The translations under genes were made by a program, and so were the position numbers. The notes below the pieces were generated by a model. That model did no database searches and was not told the DNA's origin. It saw only the letters and a list, made by a program, of their open reading frames with translations. Below are positions 1 to 13,518 of a DNA stretch of 64,000 nt, one piece after another. The DNA is taken from assembly GCA_965113315.1 (NCBI GenBank), contig OZ220367.1. One strand, written 5' to 3'. The DNA comes from Podarcis vaucheri. Taxonomy: Eukaryota. Each line of letters starts with the position of its first letter. The first letter of the stretch is position 1.

Positions 1-869
1 CAGTGTGCTTTTGTTTTGGAGAAGACCAGAGGGTAAGCAGTTCTTCTGGAGCTTTTAATTCAAAGATGTTGCTTTGTTTCCTTCACAAAGCCTGGAGACA
101 CAAACAGGAAAGCACTGGTGGCCTTAAGGAAACACCTCATGTTTATATCTCACCAAATGGAGATGCAACATATTCAGAATTAATGCACCAGGTGGTGGCG
201 GTTTGTGCAACATGGATCTGGGGCACATTGGAACCAAGATGAATGCCATAGAAACAAAATGAAGGTTCTGGCATAAATCAATTTGCTTTGATAAAGAGCA
301 GGAAATCTGTATACACAAAGGCTCCCCCTCCCTTTTCCATACATTTGCACTGTAAGTGTGGATACCAAAGGGAGGAACCACTCAGAGGGTGAGGATCAAG
401 CGAATAAATCAACAATAGTTGCTGGTGATGACTTTCCCATACTTAACTGTACAAAAAGAGGAACTGGAAAATCACACCTGAGTTTCTTTTATTCGTCCTT
501 GCATGTATTATTGAAACACAGCCAGTTAACCAGGGGTTCCCTTCATTATTCCTGAGATGCATTGCACATTATCTTGTACTTTGAATTTCATGCAGGGAGG
601 ACATGATATTACTAGTATAAATCAAAAGGTGGTTGCTTTGCTTTGGAAAGATATGCTGTGTTCAATAAGCTTTGTGCCTGAAAGATTATGTATGGGGTGG
701 GCTCTCCCCCACAATAAGGATGAAATATAGCCTCTGTTCGTTCTATAATAGTTCTCTTTTTTTGCATACGCACTGCAAAGCTAACCAAGTTTACTCCATC
801 AGTAAGCTCTGCTGGGTTTAGTGGGACTTAGTTGATTGATCGTTTATTTAATTTCTATACCACTTAATA

Positions 870-1095
870 CAGTGGTACCTCGGGTTAAGTACTTAATTCG
901 TTCCGGAGGCCTGTTCTTAACCTGAAACTGTTCTTAACCTGAAGCACCACTTTAGCTAATGGGGCCTCTTGCTGCTGCCGTGCCGCCGGAGCATGATTTC
1001 TGTTCTCATCCTGAAGCAAAGTTCTTAACCTGAAGCATTATTTCTGGGTTAGCGGAGTCTGTGACCTGAAGCGTATGTAACCCGGGGTACCACTG
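870..1095 (+). mobile_element. Tc1/mariner-pogo type MITE, family A, copy 1
   Basis: TIR CAGTGGTACC...GGTACCACTG, TA on both sides, repeated internal TTAACCTGAA motifs; five copies in the window. Confidence 0.9.
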
Positions 1096-2094
1096 TATAT
1101 TAAAAATATCTCTAAGCAGTGTAGAAAAACTGAAGCAACCACAGACAATTTAAAACACAATATTACAACAAAACATGGCTACATTTTTTTAAAAAATACC
1201 TGAATACAAAGTTACTAATATATTAAAATCAGTATCAGGTGATTTTCCTTCTGACACACCCTCCCTGTCAGTCTCCAGTTCTTACCCAGGGTCGAAACAA
1301 ACTCTCAGCTCATCCACAAAATTCTCACAACGAGAAGAGTTCCTGGAAATAGTGGACACCATCCTAGCCTCTCACTCTAGAATTGCTTTTTATGGGCAGG
1401 CCCAAGGAGGCTGGTATGTACTTAATAATCCTAAATCAGGGATATTTTAGATGTCTTGGTTATCACCACCTTGGAAAATGTCATGTCTCCTGCACAGAAC
1501 AGAGCAACGTTTTGCATACAGCTTTGAGTTGTGCCTGCTAAGAGCACAAGATAAACTTCCACTAATACTGGGGAAAGTGGATTTTGTGTGCCCTTGATGA
1601 AATGAGACCATGTTTAAGGTTATGTAAAAGTCAAAGAAGAGTTAAAAAGAAGGCATAGCATTAGCATACGTAATTCTGACACGAGCGTGGAAGGTATTGC
1701 CAAGACAGTCTCCAGCGATAAGGCCAGGGCACAGAGTGCTGGTGGAATGGCTTATACTTAAAGGGTGCTGGCTATGTCTGTATCGGCACACTTGATCATT
1801 TGTCTAAGCCATATTGATTTTTCTCCTTTCTGCTTGAAGGGGCTCATTTCCAAAAGCTGCAAATAAGCTAATTAACCTAGAGGGCTGGCTTCAGGTTCTT
1901 TTGGAAAGGGAAACTTTTAAGTCTAGTAGCTAGTGGAATTATTCATTCAGCAACAGGGAAAATACTGATCCTATCTTATTGTTGCCTGGGAGAATTTCAT
2001 TTTGTGTCCTTCATTGCTGTGCAAGTTGCCTTTTCAACCACCACTCGCCATTATTTGCCATATACTTGAACACAGGTCAGCAGTGGAGACTTAA

Positions 2095-2130
2095 ATAATA
2101 ATAATAATAGTAGTAGTAGTAGTAGTAGTA

Positions 2131-2181
<51 letters not shown>

Positions 2182-2300
2182 TATTATTTATACCCCTCCC
2201 ATCTGGCTGAGTTTCCCCAGCCACTCTGGGCGGCACCCAATCAAGTGTTAAAAACAATACAGCATTAAATATTAACAACTTCCCTAAACAGGACTGCCTG
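2095..2300 (-). mobile_element. L2-clade LINE 3' end with compound (TAA)/(TAG) microsatellite tail
   Basis: Reverse complement of the gccgcccagagtggctggggaaac...ggggtataaataataa terminus seen at 56935-57048; microsatellite 2095-2180. Confidence 0.8.
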
Positions 2301-2774
2301 TTTATTTATAAGTGATGGACAGGTTTCAGGAGAGATCCTGACACGAACAGAGCTCTTTGAATGCAGAAAAAATGCTCAGACTGTTCCTAACACCACAGAA
2401 AAACTAAGCCACACCTTGAAAACAATTATTATTCTAACATAATTTATTTTCTGTTCCTGATCAGTGTAGTTACTGGTAGGGAACCTGAAGCCCAGGGGCC
2501 AGATGTAGCTCTTCAGGCCTCTCCCTCTGGCCCTGGTAACTCTCATCTCCCCAGACTATACCCCTCACTGGCCCGGCTTTTACCCCTCGCAAGTCTTTTT
2601 TGCCTTGCTGGAGTGTCAAATGGAGGACAGAGTATGTGAATGTGTAAATGCCCGATTCAGCAGTAAAGATTGCATTTTCCCCAGAAAAGCAGCGGGGCAA
2701 ATGGAAAACTTCTCAGATCTGTGCCTCAAAAACATAGGACAAGCAAGAAACCACTTGGACCTGTGATTTCTGGG

Positions 2775-3136
2775 CAGGGCCATCATTAGCATATGTGACA
2801 CCGGGGTGCAAAGATCCGCCCAGCTTTTCTTAGGGGCGCAAGTCCAAGCTGTTCAGCTTTTAAGGAGGGGGAGAACAAAAACCACTAACATGGAATATAT
2901 ATATATAAAAGTGGCAGCAATAGCTCCGTTTTTGTGATCATGCGAAAATGAAACATACCACTGTGGGGCGGCACCAGATACATTGGTTCTGCAGCTCTTC
3001 CGCAAAAGAGAACAGATCTTAAAAGCCAATCACAGTTAAGAGCTTAGGCGGCTTCAGCCACGGGCACCTGACGCCCCCCAGAATTCGATGCCCGGGTGCT
3101 CCGCACCCCTTGCACCCCTGGGTAAAGACGGCCCTG
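2775..3136. mobile_element. Non-autonomous hAT element
   Basis: TIR CAGGGCC(A/G)TC; 8-bp TSD tttctggg/tttctagg (7/8). Confidence 0.8.
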
Positions 3137-3220
3137 TTTCTAGGCATGGTGCAAGCTGAGGTGTGGACGAGCCCTCACTGCACAAGAAATGTGCCATTTA
3201 CAAAAACAACTGAGGACATG

Positions 3221-3222
<2 letters not shown>

Positions 3223-3260
<38 letters not shown>

Positions 3261-3590
3261 TATTATTATTATTATTATTATTTATACCCCACCCACTCTT
3301 CCCCAGCCACTCTGGGCGGCTTCCAACAAAATATTAAAATACCGTAATACATCAAACATTAAAAGCTTCCCTAAACAGGGCTGCCTTCAGATGTCTTCTG
3401 AAAGTCTGGTAGTTGTTGTTCTCTTTGACATCTGGCAGGAGGGCGTTCCACAGGGAGGGCACCACTACCGAGAAGGCCCTCTGCCTGGTTCCCTGTAACC
3501 TCACTTCTCACAGTGAGGGAACTGCCAGAAGGCTCTTGGCACTGGATTTCATTGTCTGGGTTGAACGATGAGGGTGGAGACGCTTCTTCA
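3223..3590 (-). mobile_element. L2-clade LINE 3' fragment with (TAA)n(TTA)n tail
   Basis: Same family as 11466-11886 and 54549-54898; minus strand carries a degenerate RAFSVVxPxLWNALxPDVKE C-terminus. Confidence 0.8.
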
Positions 3591-4642
3591 GATATAATGG
3601 ACATAGCCCCCAAATTTCAGCTCAGCAGTATGTTCTTATTTGTGGTGGCATTAATATTGTCCACATGATCATATTGTCTCATGCCCTACTTCCCACTTAA
3701 TCCTTACCACCAGTTTGGAGGACAATTTTGCAGGTATGTGAGTGCAGAAGATTGTTCTCACTAATAACCAGGAATGGGGTACTGGCATTGCGCCATCATT
3801 CCTCTGCTGGTGTTTAAGCCTTGTATAACTACTTGCTGAAAATAGTTTGGAACAGTGAAAGAAGGTTACTGCCTGTGGTCTGAAGCCACATGACACCCTT
3901 CAGTGATCAAAGGTTTGAAAATGTTCTATGAAGAGTTTGAGCTTGCACGGGAAATGTGTTGCCCAAATGTACAGTGTTAACAAGATCCCTGGAATGAAAC
4001 AAAGGGGTATATTTGTAGACAGCATGTTGCTTTCTTTTATGGAGACATCAGTTTGCTGATTGAAAATGGTCCTTCTTTCTATGCATAGTCTAATTTTAAT
4101 CTGAAGAGCTAACGTTGCAAATAAGAATTAAAATATGCCTGGAAGTGTTGCTAAAATGTGTGTACAGATCATAAGAAGAACAACTGAATTAGAGTAGAAC
4201 TGTAATTGTGAGAAACCAGCATTACATCTCAGCAGAGATGTGGAAGGTTTCTATTAGAGTTACTAAATATGTCTTTCCCAGAATACTTACCAGAACCGCA
4301 TCCTTTTTCTTCTTCTTTTCAAATTAGCAGACCTTTATTATATTCTTTCTATTCCATGTGTCTCAGCACAGATGCCAAACAGCTGCAAAAGTTCAATCAA
4401 ATACAGTGGGGGGGTAGTATGGGGTATTCTAAATTAAATACTTATCAGAAGTTTTAAAATATTCAGTGCAGGTTTGAAAAAGAACATTAGCTGTCACCTT
4501 GCATTGCCCTTTCCATCATGTCAGTCAAGAAACAGGAAGATAGGTAAGCTTAGCAACCTGAAACATCTTGTTGTGAAGGCAATGATATATGGATGATCCT
4601 CCAGAATCTAGTTTTAAGGCTGCAAGTAGCTTCTACTTCATA

Positions 4643-5011
4643 GGGACGCGGGTGGTGCTGTGGGTAAAAGCCTCAGCGCCTATGACTTGCCGATCGAAAG
4701 GTCGGCGGTTCGAATCCCTGCAGCGGGGTGTGCTCCCATCGCTCGGTCCCAGCGCCTGCCAACCTAGCAGTTCGAAAGCACCCCGGGTGCAAGTAGATAA
4801 ATAGGGACCGCTTACTGGCGGGAAGGTAAACGGCGTTTCCGTGTGCTGCTCTGGTGCCGGTTCGCCAGAGCAGCTTTGTCACGCTGGCCACATGACCCGG
4901 AAGTGTATGTGGACAGCGCTGGCTCCCGGCCTCTAGAGTGAGATGAGCGCACAACCCTAGAATCTGTCAAGACTGGCCCGTACGGGCAGGGGTACCTTTA
5001 CCGTTACCTTT
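4643..5011 (+). mobile_element. Sauria SINE, full length
   Basis: tRNA-derived head gggacgcgggtgg... with B-box ggttcgaatccc, (ACCTTT)-type tail; 14-bp TSD tagctt(c/t)tacttca, the right copy split by the adjacent MITE. Confidence 0.9.
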
Positions 5012-5020
5012 TAGCTTTTA

Positions 5021-5347
5021 CAGTGGTGCCCCGCAAGACGAATGCCTCTCAAGATGGAAAACCCGCTAGGCGAAAGGGTTTTCCGTTTTTGAGCTGCTTT
5101 GCAAGACGAATTTCCCTATGGGCTTGCTTCGCAAGACGAAAACGTCTTGCGAGTGTTCCGATTTTTTTTCGCTCCCCCCCTTTTTCTAAGCCGCTAAGCC
5201 GCTAATAACCTTTTAGCCGCTAAGCCGCTAAGCCTTTAATAGCCGCTAATCCGCTAATCCGCTAATAGGGTTGCTTCGCAAGACGAAAAAACCACTAGAC
5301 GAAGAGACTCGCGGAACGGATTATTTTCGTCTTGCGAGGCACCACTG
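5021..5347. mobile_element. Tc1/mariner-pogo type MITE, family B
   Basis: TIR CAGTGGTGCC(C/T)CGCAAGACGAA, TA flanks, repeated GCAAGACGAA motifs and an internal (AAGCCGCT/AATCCGCT)n array. Confidence 0.9.
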
Positions 5348-8112
5348 TACTTCAGCTAGCAGTGTTGCCTAGGGTATGTCCAGGAGCAATGAATTCATCC
5401 CTGCACTGGGATCGCCATTGGATTAACATTTGGCAGTAGTTGTTATATGATTTTAACATTTTTCATCCCTAATAACGGTGGGAAAGACAATTGGGCAGTG
5501 CTGCACAATCATTATTTATTTCAGAATTAAACAATGCTTATGGGTATGCAGTGTGCTTAGTTACATGTAAATGTGATGCGATGTGCATAAAATTATATGA
5601 TAAAATTAAAATGGTAAGATGCTCCATAAATGTCAAATAGCAATAATAAAAAATAGTTGAGACTAGGTAGTCCTGTGAGTTGTTCCCATGACTCATTCAT
5701 AAACAACATCTGACAAGGAAACTTAGAATTTTGAGCAGGCAGAAGGCAAGTGCTGTAGGCCCTGTAGAAATTTTTAGTTATTTATTTATATTTTAAGAAT
5801 TAATAGAAAATATCAATGCAGCAATTACAATACAAAAAAACCACACAAAAATCAAAATGGTAATGCAACTTTGTGCAGTATTGATTCATGTAGCTGTCAG
5901 ACAACTCAAACAAGGGAAATATGTGTAATAAAAGATTAATACATACAAAGGTGAATAACTTCACAATAAAGGACCGTGCATCCAGCTTACTTCTAATGCA
6001 CTGCAATTATTTTTTTTTAAAGAGTACTTAATTTGAACCAAAGTTGGCCATTTTGGGGAGTCTAGCAAAACAAAACACTGTTGCCAATGAAAACAACAGG
6101 CATGATGTAGAGATGCAGTTCACTTGGACTGCTGTGTTCTGCTAGAATAATGTTTACGCCGATACTTCCCTATTGGCAGATTTCCGTGCTCTGATTATTG
6201 TAAGGAACACAACAGAAGAGAAGAACAACTTAACCTATCACATACTATTACTTCAAGTATCCATTAACATATCTCTGCCTCTCTCTTTAACATTCAGTCT
6301 TCATCCTTTCATTTCCTCTTCTTAAACATTTAAGTATCAGCAGTGCCAACATCTGACACAAGCCAAAATATTACTGCTTTACAAGACGTAGAGCAGCTCA
6401 TCAGCAAAACACATGCCTTGCTGAACACCTTTCCAAATAGATCTGAGAGGAACAACAGATTGTGGCAATTAAAAGAGTCTCTCAAGCACTTCAGACCACA
6501 GGTACCTCAGCTGTGCATTTCATATTAATCCAAACCTTCCAAATGATAAAACTTGACACCAGAAGGTCTTTTATTAAGGTTCCACATTATCAGCTTCCCT
6601 AGCAAAATAAAAAAATAAAAATAGAATAGAATACATAACACACAATTATATCTTAGTATAATTCCTCTAGAAGAAAAGCTGTCATATTAGAGCAGCAAGA
6701 AAACCCTGAGGTACATAATGAGCAGAATTAGTCTGTGCATACACTGATTCATTAACTGCTGTATAGACAATGTAATATCTGTTTAATCTGCCTATCTCTC
6801 CGTGTATCCATATATTGAATGATGAAGTAACTGGAGCACTCCAATAGGGAAACAACAGCAAGTGACATTTTTATTTTAATGTATGGTCTTGAATCAGGCA
6901 AACAGGATTTGCTTGAAACCCTGTGCCATCAGTGTAGCCCCTCATGCTGAGAGAAACTTTTTTCCCCCACAATAATTTCCAAGTCCCCGCTGCTGTTTAT
7001 GAACTCACTTGGACAATTTCTAAGACCCAGGTTGCATATATATGCAGATCTGAGTCTTGAGACAAGTCCAAGCAGATCCAGAGCCAGAAAAATAGGCGCA
7101 GTGTTGACTGAATTCACTGAATCAAATGTGTGATGTAGGTTCAAAAGAGCTAGAGGAAAGAGTGGAGAAAGAAAATGGTGGGACGAAAGAACCAGATGGA
7201 GCCAGAAAGCCGGTAGGTTGTCTTGGAACACTGGGCAAGGATGAAAGTTGGCATACTTGGCTAGAGGCCTGACAATTTTGCAGGAATGGAGTAGAAAATA
7301 TGTAGGGTAACCTCCCAGTACATTTTAAATAAGCCTGCCACTTCTGTTTTTATCGCAGTGTCTGATTCAATGTTATGTAAAGGGCAAATGTCACATTTTT
7401 AGGCATTAAGATTAATTAAATTATGCAAATGCTAAGTGGCCTACAGTGGCGCAAAATTTCAGGATGGGCAGCTTCCAAGCATCAAGACGACATTTGTTGA
7501 TGGTTTGCAAAGCAGACCTCTTGAAGAAGGCTCATGATGTTGGCATGGGCCCTCCCTGAATCCATGTGCTGCATGGAGAGGTATTGAGCTAACTTGAAAT
7601 TAGATTCAGTTCACATTTCAGGTGACCCTGCGTAATTCACACTTTCTGAAACCACAAAGCAGAATACAGCCATGCTTTGAAAGTTGCATTTCTCTGTATT
7701 TTGAAATGGAGCTCTTGGCCATGTGACCAAGAGAGTTCTACACTTTTCCTTTTTGTTATGTGTATCCCTAGATTTGCTCCCCCTAGGTATATATGTAAAT
7801 AGTAGTACAACCAGGAGATTCCTTAGCCTGTCAAAGTCTAGTGTGTTGCTGCCAACTGGAACAGAGAATAGGACTGGACAATGCTAAACAGACCTTCTGA
7901 AGGTTCAAGTGTTCGATAACTGCCCAGAGGGTTCAGCAGGCAGTAATCATTGTCCTCCACATGATTTTATCCATGCAAGACCTAACATAGGGATTAAACT
8001 AATTTATGCACTGGGAATCTGTCCGGTAGACAAGTATTTCTAGTGTTTGTCTTGTGTGTAGGGTGAGGGGGGCAGTTTACACACCATCACCATTTGAACA
8101 AATTGATTGGTA

Positions 8113-8462
8113 AAGGTAAAGGGACCCCTGACCATTAGATCCAGTGGCAGACGACTATGGGGTTGCAGTGCTCATCTCGCTTTATTGGCCGAGGGAGCCG
8201 GCATACAGCTTCCGGGTCATGTGGCCAGCATGACTAAGCCGCTTCTGGCAAACCAGAGCAGTGCACGGAAATGCTGTTTACCCTCCTCCTAGAGTGGTAC
8301 CTATTTATCTACTTGCACTTTGATGTGCTTTCGAACTGCTAGGTTGGCAGGAGCAGGGACCGAGCAATGGGAGCTCACCCCGTTGCGGGGATTCGAACCA
8401 CTGACCTTCTGATCGGCATGCCCTAGGCTCTGTGGTTTAACCCACAGTGCCACCTGCGTCCC
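8113..8462 (-). mobile_element. Sauria SINE, full length
   Basis: Reverse complement of the 4643 and 49462 copies; 12-bp TSD aattgattggta (8101-8112 and 8463-8474). Confidence 0.9.
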
Positions 8463-9544
8463 AATTGATTGGTAGAAGGACTCAAATGTTTGAACTATTT
8501 CTCACTCAATATTACATGGAACAGTCCAGGGGAATAAGCAGCCATTTGCCCTGGCAATGTATCCAAGATTGCCTTGTAAATAGCCTTGAGACAAATGTAA
8601 ACGGCAATCCATAAATAAACCAATTATTAGAGTGAAGAAAATGATTAAGTCGTTGTTCTTCATGGTAACTTTTTTAAAAATAAAAATCTTACTGCTAATG
8701 TAATAATGTTTAAAAGTTAATTCCAATAACATTCATGAATTTCATTCTTTTGATAGCCAGGGCAGCAAGAATTATTCTAGGTTCCTTAATTAAACCTGAA
8801 GAATGAGAGAGAAAGTGTGTGTGAGTGCCCTTCCTATCCTTGTTTGTTTTTTTACAACATTTAATTAGCATAATAATACAATATCTGCAGTGAGTGTTGG
8901 TTTTTTGTAATTGTTATGTGCTTCAGTAACCTTATGGCACACACTCTTAATGTTTCAGGTGTAGTAGCAATGCATATGCAGTGATGCAATGACTATGCTG
9001 CTCCCACTGCCTCGGCCTCCGTCCATAGCGCAGGTCAATGCAAAGGCTGGATGTGTTGGAAAAATCATCTCATAATAGGCCCAAGAAATCCGGTGTTCCG
9101 CTGATCCCAGGGAAACAGGTGGAAACAAGACAGAAATGCTTGCTTCATACATATGAGAGTGAAACACGTTTATTCCCCCAGGAGCCCAAACTAATCACGA
9201 GTCGCTGTGGCATTTCCCTGTAGCTAAGCCAAGTCCTACAATGTAGTTGGAGAAGGGAAACCAAAATGGCTGAACTCGCTATCCTGTACCCCCACTTACC
9301 TGAGAGAAAGTCCCAGTGAAATCAGTAAGACTTGTGTCTGAGTCAACACACGTAGAATTGCACTTATCAGGCATGTATCTATAGCAACACATATGTTTTA
9401 GCACACCTGTGTTCTTAGCATGTTGTAGAATAGAGGTACGTGCCTGTGGAGCTGAAGTGACTGGATTGGCCATGTGCACAGAAGAAGTGGCTTCAAGGGA
9501 AAGCCATGTGGCATCCACAAAGACAGAAGCCTATTACTTGCAGG

Positions 9545-9994
9545 CAGTGCTGGATTTACATATAAGCTAAACAAGTTATAGCTTAGGGCCCCACTCTCTT
9601 GGGGGGCCCAAAAAATAAAGGGGGGAAAACTGGATGTACGTTTCCAAAATATAAGATAAAAAATAAATAAAATACAACCTACATACAGCAACAGAGTTTT
9701 GTGTTGTGTAGGCTCCTATGATGTAAATAATGGGCCCCGCCTGCTAGCCTGCTCCCTAAAATATCACTGGTTTGCTCATTTCTATATATAGGGTGCCTAC
9801 ATTCTGCCTAGACTGGTTGCATGGCAACATGTGCAAATGGCTTTAGATACCTATTAGGTCCATAAATTACCACATAGCATATATTCAACACAAAAGACAG
9901 TGACAATTTGTTGTTGACAAAGGACAGCTGGATATATAAAGGGCCCCATTACCTTCAGTAGCTTAGGGCCTCGTCAAACCTAAATCCGCCCCTG
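9545..9994. mobile_element. Non-autonomous hAT element
   Basis: Imperfect TIR CAGTGCTGGATTTA / TAAATCCGCCCCTG; perfect 8-bp TSD cttgcagg; subterminal GGGCCCC motifs. Confidence 0.88.
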
Positions 9995-10703
9995 CTTGCA
10001 GGAGAACAATAGAAATATGAAGTACTGGTTTTAAAAAATTAATACATAATTTCTGTGTGCCGTCTCTTTCTTGGTATTTAATGAGTAGCTGTGAGAGAAT
10101 TGCCTGAGGCTAAATCAAGGCAGCCTAACATACAAGTGGATCATTAATATTTCTGACAAGCTAACTGTATAGAAGTCTTCATCTTGTTTGCATAAATGAT
10201 CCTTTGTTTTAACAAATAATCGTGATTTCCCATACAAGCTGTGTATCCATCTGTAGTGTTCGCGTATAATGTGATATTTGCAGATATTTAAATAAATGGG
10301 ATAAATAATGTAAATTTGTTTTAATTGCAGTGATGATTAAGACTGCATTATTTCTCCATTTTAATAAATTGTTTATTTAAAAAAAATTATTCCAGCAGCA
10401 ACCTATCATACTTTTCCCACAAACACAGCTATTTCATAGAACTGAACATTTTGTTGTTGTTATTCCTACTACAGTAAGGTTATTTTGGAGGGGAAATTGC
10501 AGGATATCAAGTAGTTGTGCTGGCACTGAATGTGCTCATACTGACTAATTTTTCTGCTTACAATAATATATCTCTGCATATTAGCTAGATATTAAACTTT
10601 CATCTGCATATTAAGTATGTAGCATGATAATTTTGTACAATTGGGCATTTTTAGTACCAGTAAAATGTGGCAGTATGTAAACATGCACAATTTAGTTGTG
10701 TGT

Positions 10704-10851
10704 NNNNNNNNNNNNNNNNNNNNNNNNNNNNNNNNNNNNNNNNNNNNNNNNNNNNNNNNNNNNNNNNNNNNNNNNNNNNNNNNNNNNNNNNNNNNNNNNN
10801 NNNNNNNNNNNNNNNNNNNNNNNNNNNNNNNNNNNNNNNNNNNNNNNNNNN
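10704..10851. other. Assembly gap (148 N)
   Basis: Run of N; the left flank ends in gtgtgt, possibly a collapsed (GT)n. Confidence 0.99.
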
Positions 10852-11068
10852 CACTTTGTGTGCATAATGGCACAGCTTCAATCTCCAGCATTTTAGGCTA
10901 CCATTGCAACCCCACTTACTTACTTCTGATTAACCATGGTTGGGATTGTGCTGTTAAAGGACCTCTGGCAGCAGAGCTGGGATAGACATGTGCATAATGG
11001 TTTGGATCCTTTGCCAGGCATAATGCACAGTACTTGACTATATGGACCAACAGTATTACTCACTAATA

Positions 11069-11350
11069 TTAGGGATGGAGGAGAAATTTTATTCAGTTTG
11101 CTTTTAAAGGTGAACCGACCTAGTTATCACTTTCTGAAACAATTCATAAACTGAAACCCAGCCATCCTTCAAATTTCATACTTCTCCATATTTCTCAGTG
11201 CACTTTTCCAGAGAAACCATGGGTGCAAAAATGCATGTACTGGGCTGCAGTGTGCATAAGAATGCATGCATTTATGAACACAACGTACAAGAATGCATTT
11301 TATTAGGGTAAATAGCTTTGCAAAAAATGTGTCTAATAGGGGTTCTGTTC
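11069..11350 (+). mobile_element. Old dispersed repeat (probable non-autonomous DNA transposon, TAGGGATGG terminus)
   Basis: Similar degenerate copies at ~7590-7710, 27570-27938, 13820-14948 (-, interrupted by CR1) and 60230-60405 (-). Confidence 0.55.
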
Positions 11351-11465
11351 ACTTCTATCTGACAAGATGTCTGAAAAGAGGCATCTATACACATATAGCT
11401 GAATCCACATAGGTTCCCCTTTTCATATGTCCCACTGAAAGCACAGATACCAGTGGTGGAGCGAG

Positions 11466-11886
11466 TAATAATAATAATAATAATAATAATATAATTTATT
11501 ATTTGTACCCCGCCCATCTGGCTGTGTCTCCCCAGCCACTCTGGGTGGCTTCCAACAAAGATTAAAAATACATTAAAATGTCACACATTAAAAACTTCCC
11601 TGAACAGGGCTGCCTTCAGATGTCTTCTAAATATCAGGTAGTTGTTTATCTCTTTGACATCTGATGGGAGGGCATTCCACAGGGCGGGCGCCACTACCGA
11701 AAAGGCCCTCTGCCTGGTTCCCTGTAGCTTTGCTTCTCACAGTAAGGGAACCACCAGAAGGCCCCCGGCGCTGGACCTCTGTGTCCGGGAAGAACGATGG
11801 GGGTGGAGACACTCCTTCATACTGGGCCGAGGCCGTTTAAGGCTTTAAAGGTCAGCACCAACACTTTGAATTGTGCTCGGAAACGT
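11466..11886 (-). mobile_element. L2-clade LINE 3' fragment with (TAA)n tail
   Basis: Minus strand encodes RAFSVVAPALWNALPSDVKEINNYLIFRRHLKAALFREVF, an L2 ORF2 C-terminus. Confidence 0.85.
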
Positions 11887-12248
11887 AGCATTCAATGCCC
11901 ACAGGATGTGGCCCCAACAGCTGTGGTCTGTCCCTTCCATGGGCATGAGGAAGGTATGAATGAAAAGGGATTCTGCAACTGTTGAATCATGTTATAGTTG
12001 CCTTTTCATTTTTTCTTTTCTCAGTTAGCACAAGCACTGTTATGTCAACTGCAACACCCATTTCCATTTTCAGGGATGTTCACTTGGACCTCCAACCACC
12101 TTGACAGATGTTGCAGTGCTCTGTTGGTTCCTGCATTATACTCCTCATACATGACCTATAAAAAGAAAGGAAAAAGCCAATCATAATGTACACATCAACC
12201 CTGTTTCACTGATAAATTGTGTAGAAACAGGATAGAGTTATACCTATA

Positions 12249-12468
12249 CAGTGGTACCTCGGGTTAAGAACTTAATTCGTTCTGGAGGTCCGTTCTTAAC
12301 CTGAAACTGTTCTTAACCTGAGGTACCACTTTAGCTAATGGGGCCTCCCACTGCCACTGCGCCGCCACCGTGCGATTTCTGTTCTCATCCTGAAGCAAAG
12401 TTCTTAACCCGAGGTACTATTTCTGGGATAGTGGAGTCTGTTACCTGAAGCGTCTGTAATCTGAGGTA
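12249..12468 (+). mobile_element. MITE family A, copy 2 (right TIR truncated)
   Basis: TA-CAGTGGTACCTCGGG start, colinear with 870-1095, ends ...ctgaggta without ccactg. Confidence 0.85.
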
Positions 12469-13518
12469 TATATGCAACTCAAACCTACAGTAGCCAAATA
12501 AACTAGGTAGTTTGGGATTTATTTTTTTCAGACCAAGACCAAAGAAGTTAGCTCAGTGCTAATTTGTTTGATCATATTCTTTAAATTTAATTTATATTCT
12601 CACTATTGGAGGGTTCAAGTAAAGTCATCCATTTTCTTAGTAACTTTGCATATAACTATGTTTGTGATTTTACTAATTTGACACTGCCTGAGACCTTGCT
12701 GTTATAAATGGCAAGAATGTTCTCCAGTCTTCATGGAGAAATGTCAAACTTTTCATGTTGTCATGAGAATAATCCAAACTAATGCAGAGCTTGGAAACAA
12801 ATAATTATCTGACAACATGAAACAGAATTAACATGCACTAGAGCATGTCATGAACATTTCCTTCAGCAAACAAGCAAGGTAATTGCTGTCGGAGTACAAA
12901 GCAGGAAAAAAAGGGTTTTGTTCTCTTCTATATGACAATTTGGGGGGAGCACTGTTTATTTGCTTAACCCATCAGAACATGCTTCCTCAAAATGGTGCCA
13001 TTCAAGGACTGATGGAGTGAGACAAGCTTCCGGATTGCAGACACGTCTCATTTCACACTTCCTAGGTCTGATCAAACAGAATGTTCTTGCCCTGTTATTA
13101 CTAGCCTCAAAGCTGGCAGGTGCGAATGTTTAAGCAGGACAGTTCTATCACAGGTTCATGCTGATCAGTCATTAATTCCACAAATTTATCTCGGAAAGAG
13201 TTTGCCCTCATATCTGCACAGCCCTGCTGAAAACCACACTGCGTAAAAAGTTTTCTGATGAATTTGGTAAGAGTATAAGAAGTGATTAGTAGCTTATTGG
13301 CTTGCAGTTTGATGTTTATTGTTTCAGTGATTTGTTGTGATCGGGGTCACCGAAGATGAAGCAACGTATAAATTTTCAAAATAAGTAACAGTCCTGCTAG
13401 ATCGAACCAAAGGTCTTCCAGGAAGTACACAACTGGGCAGGGAAGCAACCATCTTCGTCAATTGTATACCCCTAGTCTCTGATACTCACAGATATACTGC
13501 ATGTCACCATGGAGACTA

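Noticed and set aside
5187-5266. CRISPR-like or telomere-like array
   Set aside because: An 8-bp tandem repeat without unique spacers, internal to a MITE in eukaryotic DNA
6343-6528. ORF ending ...LKESLKHFRPQ|gtacct as the preceding glypican exon
   Set aside because: Only superficial similarity to DKLKH; no NPEV-like motif, weak acceptor and donor
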